This document shows, piece after piece, positions 8,262-18,598 of a stretch of DNA of 64,000 nucleotides. Positions within the stretch are counted from its first letter, which is position 1. Every line of letters starts with the position of its first letter. The notes below the pieces were generated by a model. It was not told the origin of the DNA and ran no database searches. It was given only the letters and a program-made list of their open reading frames with translations. Made by a program: the position numbers and the translations under genes. Origin of the DNA: a virus; IMG/VR virus record IMGVR_UViG_3300044701_002822, positions 12,828-76,827 of that record. One strand, written 5' to 3'.

Positions 8262-10146
8262 TAGACGTGTGATTATGTTTTTTTGTAATATTTGTAATCA
8301 AATTAGTGCCAAATCCTGATCTGTTAAGAAAATGTAACTTTGATCTAAAATCATAAAAATCATCCCAACTTTTTAGTGGTTCAAATGTATATTCAACAAA
8401 CATGTTAACTAGGCTGTCTTCAAACATAATATATTCGTATATATTGTATCTAAAATTGTATTTTTCAAGATTTGGTCTATTATAATCAACTGAAAACATT
8501 TTATTAAATAACATAACATCTTCTTCTAAGGCATTGTTAACATTGTCAAAATACTTGCTTGCCCATTCAGCAATGGCTGCTTCTACTCCGGATCTATTTT
8601 GATGCAGCTCGAATTGATTGTCATACAATACTACATCGTCTCTAGCTTCGCCGCCATTAGATGTTTTGTATTCAACTTGATCCCAGAAGAATGCTTTGTA
8701 AGCTTCTTCGTGTGACTTGTAGATTTTATTTAAAACAGGATTAGTTTGAATAAACTGTTTTAGATCTTCGTACAGATCAAGATAACTAATGCCCTTGTAT
8801 TTGTGCAAAAATCTTGCAATAATCTGTGTCCAACCATAGTTGTGAAAATTTACAAGAATCCAAGAAAACATCCACGATTCTAACATCTCTTCTTTGCTCA
8901 TATACTTGGTTTCAACTACAAGTCTACTGATCTCAGGAATACGTGTAGGTTGTCCGCCTTCAATGTGTGGAACAGTTCTTGTTACTATTCCGTGCTTGTC
9001 TATTTGGTCTGCTAATGGTGAATTTCTAAGAACGTCAAGTGGATATATTTCCAATGATTTATGAAGTCCTAAAGTTAGTGCTTTATCTAAGCCAGTTTTC
9101 CAAGATGCAACAGTTTCTTTAGGTAACCCTAATATTAACTCAGTAAAATATGATATTCTATTTACATTACACTCATGGAAAATTTCGCTGATATCATTTA
9201 TGCCTAAATTTCTTCTTTCAATTTCAACCAATACGTCATTGTCTAGAGATTGTAAACTAAGAGTAAAGCCTCTAAAAATTCCTCCTTCGTTTAATACTTT
9301 AGCAATGTCTAACAGTTGTTTAGTACTGTTTTTATACCAGTTGATAATTATACCATTTGGATATCCATATTTCTTTTTACATTTTACTATGTGTTTGGCT
9401 ATAGCTAAATCTCTTTCGTAAAAGACACCAAAATTAGCATCTCCTACTGATACAAAATCGATTTTATTCTTTGCCATCCACTCAATCTCATTGAACACTC
9501 TGTCGTCGTGCATTTTTTTAATTTTACTAAATGTCATGCTACCCCAATCACAGAATGTACATTTAAACGGACAACCTCGATTGGTTTCAATAGTTGTAGC
9601 CCAAACAAACTCTGGATGCTTTTTCATTACAATTTCATAAACGTTTGATTCATACATTGGACTAGGCAAAACGCTTGTTTCTAATCTAGGACTACGTGGA
9701 TAAGTAGGTTTAACTTTACCTGTTTCATTTATATCACGTAGCATTTTAAGTAATATTTCTTCACCTTCTCCGTAATGAGCACTATCTATAAACTTGTGCT
9801 GTTCAAGATATTCTTCACAATGTTTGTCAACTTGATTTCCACCATATATAATAATGCAGTTAGGAAAACGCTCTTTGATTAATTTTGACAAAATTAGACA
9901 AAAATTTTCATTCCACACTTGTACACTAAACAAGCACACATCCGGATCTACTAATTCTTTTACAATATCTGCAGGTTCATTTCTTACAACATATACATCT
10001 ATTAGTTCAAAGTTATTGTGTATGTCTTGATGTTGTACTGCATATGTCCAAACCGAAGATAGACTAAAAGGCAGCCAATGACTAGTAAAGTTCTTTCCAA
10101 AACCTGCCTGATAATTTGGTTGGAACAAATAAACTCTTTTCTTCAT
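8233..10146 (-). CDS. Cobalamin (B12)-binding radical SAM protein
   Basis: N-terminal B12-binding-type domain (FSVQVWN...IIYGG...GEGE), then ETNRGCPFKCTFCDWG, DANFG, LSLQS, ILGLPKET. Confidence 0.93.
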   Translation of the reverse strand: MKKRVYLFQPNYQAGFGKNFTSHWLPFSLSSVWTYAVQHQDIHNNFELIDVYVVRNEPADIVKELVDPDVCLFSVQVWNENFCLILSKLIKERFPNCIIIYGGNQVDKHCEEYLEQHKFIDSAHYGEGEEILLKMLRDINETGKVKPTYPRSPRLETSVLPSPMYESNVYEIVMKKHPEFVWATTIETNRGCPFKCTFCDWGSMTFSKIKKMHDDRVFNEIEWMAKNKIDFVSVGDANFGVFYERDLAIAKHIVKCKKKYGYPNGIIINWYKNSTKQLLDIAKVLNEGGIFRGFTLSLQSLDNDVLVEIERRNLGINDISEIFHECNVNRISYFTELILGLPKETVASWKTGLDKALTLGLHKSLEIYPLDVLRNSPLADQIDKHGIVTRTVPHIEGGQPTRIPEISRLVVETKYMSKEEMLESWMFSWILVNFHNYGWTQIIARFLHKYKGISYLDLYEDLKQFIQTNPVLNKIYKSHEEAYKAFFWDQVEYKTSNGGEARDDVVLYDNQFELHQNRSGVEAAIAEWASKYFDNVNNALEEDVMLFNKMFSVDYNRPNLEKYNFRYNIYEYIMFEDSLVNMFVEYTFEPLKSWDDFYDFRSKLHFLNRSGFGTNLITNITKKHNHTSIMNIEEYTV

Positions 10147-10793
10147 TATTTGTCCTCAAACAAAAATTCTGTGCTGTTATAAAATCTAAATGTTGCAACA
10201 TTTCTCATTTCGTTTGTTGGATTATACACCCCATGAGGAACATTGACTCTCAAAACGGCTGGTTTGTCTAAAACCAATCTTGCTACTTCTGTAACCGAAT
10301 TAGGATCTACACCGCCACAAAAATAAAAATTAGGATAATAGCAATACTTTGGAGTCTCATCATTTATCTTATAAAATAGTGTTTCACTGTTTTCACAATT
10401 TTCTAGAGGAATATTAATTGCGTTTGTTGGCTCAAATTGAGTTTCTTCCCAGTCTTCTTCGTCCTTGGCATCTATGTGTATAAAAACACAATCTTTATCC
10501 AGTGGGTCTTTAACCTCAATTTTGTTTGGAGCATTTACAAAATAAATTAGTTGGTGAACATCTAATCCCATTGACTTAAATGTTGCATATAAATCTGGCA
10601 ATTCTTTTTCTATTGTATCTTCAAAAAAACAATACCAGCTCACGTGGACTTCTTGTCCTTGTGGCGTCATTTTAGAGTATTCTTTAGTTAATTCATCCGG
10701 CGGTGGATTGTTATTTCTAAAATTTATTAGATCTGCTTGATGTTTTTTCCAATTAGGAATATCAAGATAATTATAATATTTTTTATAAGACAT
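10146..10793 (-). CDS. Fe(II)/2OG oxygenase-like (cupin fold) protein
   Basis: HID (HxD)...INIPL...VNVPHGVYN...RNVATFRF; start moved to the ATG at 10793 (MSYKKY). Confidence 0.65.
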   Translation of the reverse strand: MSYKKYYNYLDIPNWKKHQADLINFRNNNPPPDELTKEYSKMTPQGQEVHVSWYCFFEDTIEKELPDLYATFKSMGLDVHQLIYFVNAPNKIEVKDPLDKDCVFIHIDAKDEEDWEETQFEPTNAINIPLENCENSETLFYKINDETPKYCYYPNFYFCGGVDPNSVTEVARLVLDKPAVLRVNVPHGVYNPTNEMRNVATFRFYNSTEFLFEDK

Positions 10794-11991
10794 CTTCTTC
10801 CTTTGGTATTTGAATATATTTACCGAAATCGTAAGGCACAATAAATTTTCTGGCACTATCGTCAACACAAATGTTATTTAAAAAGTCAATTAAGTCAAGA
10901 TGCTGTTGTTCAATTTTTTTACATATATTAAAATTGTGTTCAACTCCATCTCTTATTTTACTTTGATTTTTGTTAGCATTTTTTAAAAAATATTCTACGT
11001 TAGTAGCAACTGCACAATTTTTTTCATCCCAGTTGTCTATTTTATAATAATCCGGTATAGCAAAAAACTCTTCAAACGTACAAAATCCTAGACTTTTTAC
11101 ATATTCAATTCTATCTTTGTGATCAGCTAAAATAAAAGGAAGTCGATTTCTCATAGGTTTGAATAATCCTTGCGTTAAGTATTTCCAATTTGCATGAGGA
11201 GGATACGCCCATCCTTCGGTTATGACATCAATTGATACTTGGGCATATTCTTCATACGGCGATGATACCATCAAGAGTGCAGCAGGTCCATCCCAAACTT
11301 TATTATCCACAATTTGTTTACCGGTCATATCTGCATAACCTCTGTAAGCACCAGTATTCTCGTCGTGATTGTTAATTGTGTCTTTTAAAAACTTTCTATA
11401 ATCCTCATCGGAGTATTCTTTAAAATAATTTCTAACATATTCTTTGTCACGTTCCGATTTTAATGAATAAAAACTATATAAAGAGTTTTTTAACATATCT
11501 TTTTCGTAAAATGCTTTAAGCAATCCAATCCTATTTGGACGACTTATTTCACCTGTAAAAAACATAAATTTACCAGTATCAGGATTCCATTCATGTTGAG
11601 AATACTCTAAACCATTATTTCTGCGAGAGTCCACAGATTTGATCATTTCTAATCCATAATGCATTTTTAATAATTTAACATCTATGTTTCTATTTTCAAA
11701 TTCTTTGTCAAAGTCATGTGCTTGACCTAATAATAGATAGGTTGTATTAATATTGATTTTTTTAAATTCTGCTATTAAATCTTTTAACCAATCATAAAAA
11801 ATATCATTATCTTTGTATGCCATTCCATCAATTAACATCAATCCTACTACTGTATCAATATTGTAATTTTTTTGATATTCTTTAACTTGCTTTAATATAA
11901 GCTTCCTATGAAACTCATACATTTCTATATCAGTATAAGTTTTGTCTGAGTATATCCACCATAACTCAAACTTTATTATAGCTGCTTTCAT
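10783..11991 (-). CDS. Glycosyltransferase-like protein of the 'TEK' (GT10/fucosyltransferase-like) phage family, divergent copy
   Basis: RPNRIGLL...IDVITE...TQGLFKPMRNRLPFIL...LGFCTF; aligns by eye with 33541, 35548 and 39835. Confidence 0.55.
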   Translation of the reverse strand: MKAAIIKFELWWIYSDKTYTDIEMYEFHRKLILKQVKEYQKNYNIDTVVGLMLIDGMAYKDNDIFYDWLKDLIAEFKKININTTYLLLGQAHDFDKEFENRNIDVKLLKMHYGLEMIKSVDSRRNNGLEYSQHEWNPDTGKFMFFTGEISRPNRIGLLKAFYEKDMLKNSLYSFYSLKSERDKEYVRNYFKEYSDEDYRKFLKDTINNHDENTGAYRGYADMTGKQIVDNKVWDGPAALLMVSSPYEEYAQVSIDVITEGWAYPPHANWKYLTQGLFKPMRNRLPFILADHKDRIEYVKSLGFCTFEEFFAIPDYYKIDNWDEKNCAVATNVEYFLKNANKNQSKIRDGVEHNFNICKKIEQQHLDLIDFLNNICVDDSARKFIVPYDFGKYIQIPKEEDVL

Positions 11992-13130
11992 TGATTCTTA
12001 TCCCATATCATATCCATAAAGTTGTTCCAATATTCTTTTGCATCGTCAAGTGTTTTATTTACTTTATATGATTTTATATAGTTATACAACCATGGATTGG
12101 CATTTTTAATGCTTTCTTTTCGTATAACATCCAGTTCTTGAGTGTAATGTACAAAATAATCAAACAAATTTTCACCAGGTTCGTTTAACCATTGCAAAAC
12201 TTTTTTGTTTGTTATATTGTTATTAATATACAACTTAAAATTGTCAGGTGTATTTTGTATGTTTAGCTCTCTTGGATAAGTCACAAAGTTTTCATTAAAC
12301 ACAAACTTAGGATAGTTTTTTCTATAGTACGATTGTATATTATCAATCTCATTTGCATTGTAAACATTTATGGTACAGTTTATTGTAACAGAGATTGTCT
12401 CATTAATAATACTATGATAATAATCTAATACCGATTTAACTTTATTAAACTCCGCATTTTTTCTGATATAATTAAACAGTTTATCAGTACCATCTAAACT
12501 GACTGTTAACGCAACTGTTTTAAATCTTTGTATATATTTTTTTATTTTTTTAGTCGGCATTATTGTAGCATTAGTTGTCATCCATAATTCTATGTTTTCA
12601 ATAGTATTTTCGTTGTCTAATCTATCTAGCATAGGTTCAAACTTCGGACTGTACAATGGCTCGCCGCCTTGAAAAACAATTCGTTGTAAATTATGTAAAT
12701 TAACTGTATCAGTTAAAGTGTTTTTTAAATATTTTGTAGGTGATAATGTTCGGCCATACAATAGCTTTTCATCTGCATACCAATTGTGACTATAACCACT
12801 AGTACACATTCTGCATTTAAGATTACAAATATTATCTAACATAAAATCAAGTACAATGAGCTTTGGTTCTGTAACAATACCAAATTCTTCATTTGCTTGT
12901 TGTCGTTCACTAATTAAGCCTGCTGCTTCTTTATTGTAACAGCTTTCACAACCTGATATACATTTACCTTGTAGCATATCTTGTCGAATATTATTCATCC
13001 ATTCACTATCAAAAAAATTTTCAACAGAATCTGTTTGCGGAGGTTCTAAAAAGTTACAACATGGCATAACTTGATTAAAATTTGCTACATACAAATTAAC
13101 AAACGGATACGCACAATAAGTCTTATTCAT
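11988..13130 (-). CDS. Radical SAM protein with N-terminal twitch domain
   Basis: CAYPF...PCC...CESC precede NICNLKCRMC; GGEP; SLDG. Confidence 0.92.
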   Translation of the reverse strand: MNKTYCAYPFVNLYVANFNQVMPCCNFLEPPQTDSVENFFDSEWMNNIRQDMLQGKCISGCESCYNKEAAGLISERQQANEEFGIVTEPKLIVLDFMLDNICNLKCRMCTSGYSHNWYADEKLLYGRTLSPTKYLKNTLTDTVNLHNLQRIVFQGGEPLYSPKFEPMLDRLDNENTIENIELWMTTNATIMPTKKIKKYIQRFKTVALTVSLDGTDKLFNYIRKNAEFNKVKSVLDYYHSIINETISVTINCTINVYNANEIDNIQSYYRKNYPKFVFNENFVTYPRELNIQNTPDNFKLYINNNITNKKVLQWLNEPGENLFDYFVHYTQELDVIRKESIKNANPWLYNYIKSYKVNKTLDDAKEYWNNFMDMIWDKNQ

Positions 13131-13608
13131 ATGCTGTTACCTGTAACACTACTCTCGGTGAATGGCTAATGTTTGCTGCACCATGAATATCTTGACTATT
13201 GTAGTACTCATAAGCTTCATAAGCTAGATAATTCGTTATCATTTTATCTTTGTAAATAAAAACATGTCCAGGTTCATAGTCTTGTAACGGAACCCATAAT
13301 CTCTTACAATTAGCATCATGAGTGTGAGGATCGGTATGCATAGGCATAAACTGTCCAGGATATAATTTAGTGATCCACCAGTGATACTTTTTAAAGGGTA
13401 AGTCAAGTTTTCCTAACTGAGCTTCTTCATACACCCACCAATGTATTGCATGTAAATCATATCCAGCTTCTTTTGCTCTACGATATTCGGCACTTTCAAC
13501 TGCTGTTGCTGCTGGCCAATCTCTAGGTCTAGCTTGTCCTACTGTATCAAGAACACGCTGTCTTAAATTTGCAGGAATTAATTCTTTCCAATTGTCAATA
13601 TACATCAA
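13123..13608 (-). CDS. Fe(II)/2OG oxygenase (Asp/Asn beta-hydroxylase-like)
   Basis: PGQFMPMHTD...HGAAN...RVVLQVT (HxD...H...R). Confidence 0.78.
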   Translation of the reverse strand: MMYIDNWKELIPANLRQRVLDTVGQARPRDWPAATAVESAEYRRAKEAGYDLHAIHWWVYEEAQLGKLDLPFKKYHWWITKLYPGQFMPMHTDPHTHDANCKRLWVPLQDYEPGHVFIYKDKMITNYLAYEAYEYYNSQDIHGAANISHSPRVVLQVTAYE

Positions 13609-14410
13609 GATGTTCTATTCCTAATGTTTTTCTAAACTCATTGCTAAATTTGCAGTCAATGCGAAGCCCGTATTCAATTTCTTTTGATTCTTCGCCGCCG
13701 TGCCAATCCTGATCATTCCAAAATGCAGCATTAGCGTTTATATAATGTTTATTTTCTGTTTCTGGATCCCAAATATAAAATCCACGCTTGGTTCTATATC
13801 TTATGTGTATAAATTCATTGTTATGACGAGAATATTGTTTGTCATCTAATATACCGTTACGTGCATCTAAGTCTCTATGCTCAAATGCTCTACCATTATG
13901 ATCGCAATGAAAAAATATCACTCGTCCAATTCTATCGATGATACCACTGTGTTGCAAATCTTCAACCCAGTTAACAACACCAGGAAAGTATTTTGATTCT
14001 TCAGTTTTTTGACGTTCAGCATTTCGTAAGTTCCAATCACCCTGTTCCCAGAGGAAATAATATATGTATGGGTCATTGGCACCCATTACAGTTTTTAAAT
14101 ATCTAGTAAAGATATTACGGTTTCTAAAATCTTTTAAATCTGTAAAATACATAGGATCGCCTGTGACACGTATAGGATGTGTTTCCGGTAATGCTAAATA
14201 TTCTTCGACTGCCTTGTAAATAGGTTTCCAGTTCATAATATAACTAGCATCGTGCCAATCAAATCCAGGAGCCATCCAAGTGCCTTCTTTTGCATAATCT
14301 CTTGCTAATGAAAATCCCTTTGCAATTTCAGGATGCAATTCTCTAAACTTACTTATAGGCAAATATGGATCTAAATTTATATAAGGTTTACCACCAATTC
14401 CTCTAATCAT
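13595..14410 (-). CDS. Fe(II)/2OG oxygenase-like protein
   Basis: GRVIFF...EHRD...WNDQDWHGG...LRID; start set at the ATG at 14410 (5 nt after TAAGTA). Confidence 0.6.
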   Translation of the reverse strand: MIRGIGGKPYINLDPYLPISKFRELHPEIAKGFSLARDYAKEGTWMAPGFDWHDASYIMNWKPIYKAVEEYLALPETHPIRVTGDPMYFTDLKDFRNRNIFTRYLKTVMGANDPYIYYFLWEQGDWNLRNAERQKTEESKYFPGVVNWVEDLQHSGIIDRIGRVIFFHCDHNGRAFEHRDLDARNGILDDKQYSRHNNEFIHIRYRTKRGFYIWDPETENKHYINANAAFWNDQDWHGGEESKEIEYGLRIDCKFSNEFRKTLGIEHLDVY

Positions 14411-14442
14411 ACACATACTTAGCCGATAAGTATGTGTATGAT
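14406..14442. promoter_or_regulatory. Perfect 16-bp inverted repeat forming a symmetric divergent promoter/start-codon pair
   Basis: ATCATACACATACTTA-gccga-TAAGTATGTGTATGAT; each arm reads TAAGTA-tgtgt-ATG into a divergent gene. Confidence 0.85.
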
Positions 14443-15010
14443 GGATTTTCTTGGGACACTACTTATAATTGCTGCAAAATATTATTACAAAGTTGTACAC
14501 TTTTTTAATAAAAAATTAGCAGTCAATATTGATTATAAAAAATACTACAAAGACAACAATATAACAAAAATAATTAACAGTTTACATTCTAAAAAAGCAA
14601 ATATAATAAATGAATTCGATTTATCATCATACGTTTATATAAAAATGTGGAATTCTCGTGTTATAGATTTATTAGATGGTGACGAAAAAGTGTATAAAAC
14701 ATTTCAAAAAGAAATTGCAATGTTAGAAAAACTTCCAAACATAGAACGAGCATTGTATATGTTTGTTGATCCTAATTCTGATATAACCGAGCACCTTGAC
14801 GACGATGATAAAACAACTTACCGTATATTAATAGGAGTTTGTGGCGAAGGAGAATTTTCTAATGTCAGCAAAAAACAAACAAATGTTTTAACTAAAGGAA
14901 AATCTATTGGAGTTGATGTAGAAGTTGAACTACACAAAGGTAAAAACTATACTAACAATCTTTGGTCAGTGCTGATCGTTTGTATCTCGAAAGAATCATA
15001 CCGTGTTTGA
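14438..15010 (+). CDS. Fe(II)/2OG oxygenase (Asp/Asn beta-hydroxylase-like)
   Basis: PNSDITEHLD...RILIG...LHKGKN; start set at the ATG at 14438. Confidence 0.65.
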   Translation: MMDFLGTLLIIAAKYYYKVVHFFNKKLAVNIDYKKYYKDNNITKIINSLHSKKANIINEFDLSSYVYIKMWNSRVIDLLDGDEKVYKTFQKEIAMLEKLPNIERALYMFVDPNSDITEHLDDDDKTTYRILIGVCGEGEFSNVSKKQTNVLTKGKSIGVDVEVELHKGKNYTNNLWSVLIVCISKESYRV

Positions 15011-15677
15011 GTACTATTATAATAATGTACCAGGAAAAGGATTGTGCAGAAACAATCTTATCTACACAAGTTTAATTTCACGAGATCGAAAGACTTTTTG
15101 TCAGTGGTATTACAACGACGAAAACTATCACGGCGGGCACAACGAAGTTGTTGATCCACGGTTAATGGAAGAAAAATGGCATAGAGAAATTAAATTTTTA
15201 ACTATTATGTCCAGACATTATCCCCAGCATGTTCCGACAATTGACACTGTAGATCACATAAACAAAAAAATATACTTTGATATAGATGGAGCAGATTTTT
15301 GGGAATTGTCCGGATGTAACAAAAACAATTTCGATAGTGTTTTACCCAATTGGCGAGAACAAATGCTAGATATTTTGAAGTCACATCAAAACTTGGGCAT
15401 TTACAAATATAGTTTGCATCCTAGCAGTTATTTTATTGTAAATGGAAAACTAAAAAGTATCAATTATTTTTTTGCATATGATGGCAACGATAAACCTATC
15501 AGTCTTAAAAGTGTGTTGAGTCATATAAGTGAAAATAGGCGTAATCTGTTGTTTCCGCAGATGGAACAAATGGGAATCAACTTGTACATGTCAACAGAAT
15601 TTAAAGTTATTCAAAAGTTAGCATATCGCAGTTTTGCCACAGATTATCCAGAAGGGTTGTTTGATGAGTTATTGTAG
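15003..15677 (+). CDS. Atypical protein-kinase-like-fold protein
   Basis: REIKFL (helix C Glu), HVPTIDTVD, GIYKYSLHPSSYF (catalytic-loop position), LKSINYF (DFG position); paralog of 20577 and 41903. Confidence 0.55.
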   Translation: MFEYYYNNVPGKGLCRNNLIYTSLISRDRKTFCQWYYNDENYHGGHNEVVDPRLMEEKWHREIKFLTIMSRHYPQHVPTIDTVDHINKKIYFDIDGADFWELSGCNKNNFDSVLPNWREQMLDILKSHQNLGIYKYSLHPSSYFIVNGKLKSINYFFAYDGNDKPISLKSVLSHISENRRNLLFPQMEQMGINLYMSTEFKVIQKLAYRSFATDYPEGLFDELL

Positions 15678-16794
15678 TATGCTGTACAGAGAACTAACAG
15701 TTGCAACTGGTAACAAATTGCTTCCATGTTGTTTATACAAAGAAGATATCGACGTTGTTGGATCTGTGAAAGAAACATTTTATCACGGGGAGTTCGAAAC
15801 ACTAAGACAACGTATGCTTTCAGGAGAACGTATAAGTGCATGTGAGCAATGCTATGATAAAGAAGCACTAGGGCTATCATCTCTTAGAACAGAATCAAAT
15901 ACCAAATGGAACAATCCTCAAAACGTTAAACTAAAAGTATTAGAATTAGAGTTTGATAATATTTGTAATTTAAAATGCAGAAGCTGTAATAGTGTTCACA
16001 GTCATCAGTGGTACAATGACGAAAACAAAATATTTGGAACATCACTGCTTGGCAAAAAGCATAGACAGATTGACGATTATTTGAGTCTTGATTTATCCGA
16101 GATAGAAACACTAAAGTTTTACGGCGGCGAACCTTTTTATTCACCAATGTGCAAAGAGTTTTGTACACATCTTAAAAAAAGTACAGATGTTTCTCGATTA
16201 GAAATTGTTACATTTTCAAATTGCACTGTTTTACCATCCGACGAAATTTATACAATATTAAAAGAATGCAAGTCTTTGTACATGATTTTAAGCATCGATG
16301 GCTATGGAAATTTTAACGATTATTTTAGACACGGATCTAAATGGGACAAGATTGTCGAAAGTTTAAATTTTTATACAGATTTGTTAAAAATTAGATCGGG
16401 CGAAACAGAGTTACTAGTAAACACAACTGTTAGTGTTTATAATGCTAACTTATTACAAGAATTTGATAGTTTTATGATTAAACACTATCCACATATTAAA
16501 TTGCAAAAAAGTGCGTTAACTTATCCAGAATATCTTTCGATTGCAAATTTACCAAAAGAATATAAAGTAAAATTAGAATCATATTTACAAAGTTATCCTG
16601 ATATACTAACTTACATGAATCAAGAAGGAAATAGTAAAATGTTTGATTACTTTTTGTATTTTCATCATTCATTAGATCAATTACGAAATGAAAAATTAGA
16701 AAACAATTTGCTAAACGATTTTATAAAACTTTATAACTGTAATATAACAAAAGAAGATATGAAAGTGTTAATTGAATCTTATGTACAAAATTAA
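15664..16794 (+). CDS. Radical SAM protein with N-terminal twitch domain
   Basis: YCSM...PCC...CEQC, then NICNLKCRSC; GGEP; SIDG; start set at the ATG at 15664. Confidence 0.92.
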   Translation: MSYCSMLYRELTVATGNKLLPCCLYKEDIDVVGSVKETFYHGEFETLRQRMLSGERISACEQCYDKEALGLSSLRTESNTKWNNPQNVKLKVLELEFDNICNLKCRSCNSVHSHQWYNDENKIFGTSLLGKKHRQIDDYLSLDLSEIETLKFYGGEPFYSPMCKEFCTHLKKSTDVSRLEIVTFSNCTVLPSDEIYTILKECKSLYMILSIDGYGNFNDYFRHGSKWDKIVESLNFYTDLLKIRSGETELLVNTTVSVYNANLLQEFDSFMIKHYPHIKLQKSALTYPEYLSIANLPKEYKVKLESYLQSYPDILTYMNQEGNSKMFDYFLYFHHSLDQLRNEKLENNLLNDFIKLYNCNITKEDMKVLIESYVQN

Positions 16795-17389
16795 AGAATA
16801 TAATAACAATTTAGATTTAACAGAATACTATTGTCTTGCACATGAGCGTGGATTTTATAATAACAACAGCAAAGAAAAACTAGTTGACACTTGGTTACAC
16901 ATGGACCGTTGGCAAGTATGGATCCTTTACTACAACGATCAAGTTGTGGGCTCAATTGCTGCACACAGTTTAGAAGAACTAGGAGTATTAGGTGATGCAT
17001 ATCGTATTGCTGCTAGAACTTGTACGTTCGACGATTTAACTGGGCAACGTAAAACTTTAAGAACAGCAAACACTATTATTGCAAAGCATCAAAATTTAAC
17101 AGCACAGTTGCTATTGCCATTGTGCGTTGAGTGGGCAGGCAAAGACAAAGACCTATACATAAGTTCAAACGAAAACGACACAGGCACACAAAAGTACGTT
17201 CATAGACTGTATTGCCCAGGGCTTAAAAAAGCGGGCGTATTAGAAGAACCCGTTGACTTAGAATACAGAGGTGCTATTCAAAGTTTTTGGCGTATGAATG
17301 TTGATGAATTTTATCGTCAAATGGATGAACATTGGTGGCCCGAAGCACGAGCAGCACTAAATGCATATAGAGCATCTATTGCAGAATGA
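16781..17389 (+). CDS. GNAT-fold acyltransferase-like protein
   Basis: VWILYYNDQVVGSIAAH...YRIAARTC pattern resembles GNAT beta2-beta4; canonical acetyl-CoA motif not clear. Confidence 0.45.
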   Translation: MYKIKEYNNNLDLTEYYCLAHERGFYNNNSKEKLVDTWLHMDRWQVWILYYNDQVVGSIAAHSLEELGVLGDAYRIAARTCTFDDLTGQRKTLRTANTIIAKHQNLTAQLLLPLCVEWAGKDKDLYISSNENDTGTQKYVHRLYCPGLKKAGVLEEPVDLEYRGAIQSFWRMNVDEFYRQMDEHWWPEARAALNAYRASIAE

Positions 17390-17961
17390 TCTGAGTTAAT
17401 ACGTTTTAATTCTGTATAAACGTGATTGGTTAATTTCCATCTAAACTCCACTTGTCTAATACTGGGTTTTTGAGCCCAAAACATAATAGTCTCGACAACA
17501 TCATCCAACGGGGTTGTGTAATCGCTGGTAAAAGCTGATGCATGATCTGTATCAACTGTTGTTCCTTCTAAGAAACTTAAATCAAGATGCAGTATAGGAA
17601 TACCGTTGGGATTTATGCTTTCTAATCTGCAAGCTTCTGCAAGTGCTTGCTTGTCATGTACATAGTCAGTAGGAACAAGTTCCGGGTACAGTCTGCTTAC
17701 ACTACCCATTACGACCATCATACCAACTTTATCTTTTAGGGCGTGGAACAATTTCAATTGCTGAGAATCTCTATAAGCATTATTGATAAACAATTCTGCA
17801 CCGGATGCTTGCTCAACAATTTTATCAAAGTCTTTTTCAATGTCATAACCGTTGCTGCGACTCATACCTATTATGTTATGACAGCTTACATCTTTAAATT
17901 TATCGTAAATGGCTTTTCCTATGCCACTTGTATGTCCTGTAATTATTATGTTTTTGCTCAT
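17317..17961 (-). CDS. Short-chain dehydrogenase/reductase
   Basis: IIITGHTSGIGKAI, FINNA, VMGS, YxxxK (YVHDK). Confidence 0.88.
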   Translation of the reverse strand: MSKNIIITGHTSGIGKAIYDKFKDVSCHNIIGMSRSNGYDIEKDFDKIVEQASGAELFINNAYRDSQQLKLFHALKDKVGMMVVMGSVSRLYPELVPTDYVHDKQALAEACRLESINPNGIPILHLDLSFLEGTTVDTDHASAFTSDYTTPLDDVVETIMFWAQKPSIRQVEFRWKLTNHVYTELKRINSDHSAIDALYAFSAARASGHQCSSI

Positions 17962-18431
17962 ACATTAAATCCTATTTGTGTTATAGATGTATTTTTACAC
18001 CAAAATTGTATAGTGTTCCAAATCAATTCATAATCCTCATATGACTTTCCAGTTAGTTTAAGATACAGCCACTGATGCCCTTCTAATACTGTTTTTTCAA
18101 AATATTTTTCTAATGTTTGTTTTTCTTGACTATACTGTGCCATTTTAGTATCAGCAAAGGTAGCTGCAATACTACCCATCACTATAACTTTAATATCTTT
18201 TACATGTGTTAACTCTTTGAGATAATACAGCTGACTTCCGTTAGCGTGAGCATTTAATATTACAAAATCATCAGGTTCTACTTGATAACATATTTTCATA
18301 ACATCTTTGCTAATATCATAACCGTTGTGTCTACTATAACCCCGCACTTCAGTTTTAGGCAATGACGTGTTAAATTTGTCATACAAATATGCTCCTAATC
18401 CTCTGCTATTTCCTACAACATGAATTGTCAT
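17958..18431 (-). CDS. Short-chain dehydrogenase/reductase, minimal paralog
   Basis: VVGNSRGLG, SRHNGYDI shared with its neighbour, ILNA, VMGS, YSQEK. Confidence 0.82.
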   Translation of the reverse strand: MTIHVVGNSRGLGAYLYDKFNTSLPKTEVRGYSRHNGYDISKDVMKICYQVEPDDFVILNAHANGSQLYYLKELTHVKDIKVIVMGSIAATFADTKMAQYSQEKQTLEKYFEKTVLEGHQWLYLKLTGKSYEDYELIWNTIQFWCKNTSITQIGFNV

Positions 18432-18598
18432 TTAACTAAATCATCAATACCATCAAAATAATCTATACCAACAATATCTACAATTTGCTGATTTTCTTTT
18501 AAGGTTTTTAATTTTCTCCACAGTACAACATTTGCCCGTTGTATTTCCATAAACTTTTCTAAATAAAATTTGTCGGTTATTTCAGTTTTATTATTCAT
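18428..18598 (-). CDS. Small hypothetical protein (~56 aa)
   Basis: Fills the gap between coupled genes; the ATG at 18598 overlaps the upstream stop (ATGAATAA). Confidence 0.6.
   Translation of the reverse strand: MNNKTEITDKFYLEKFMEIQRANVVLWRKLKTLKENQQIVDIVGIDYFDGIDDLVK

Noticed and set aside
14406-14442. Palindrome as an intrinsic terminator
   Set aside because: AT-rich stem with no poly-U tail, located between divergent gene starts rather than gene ends
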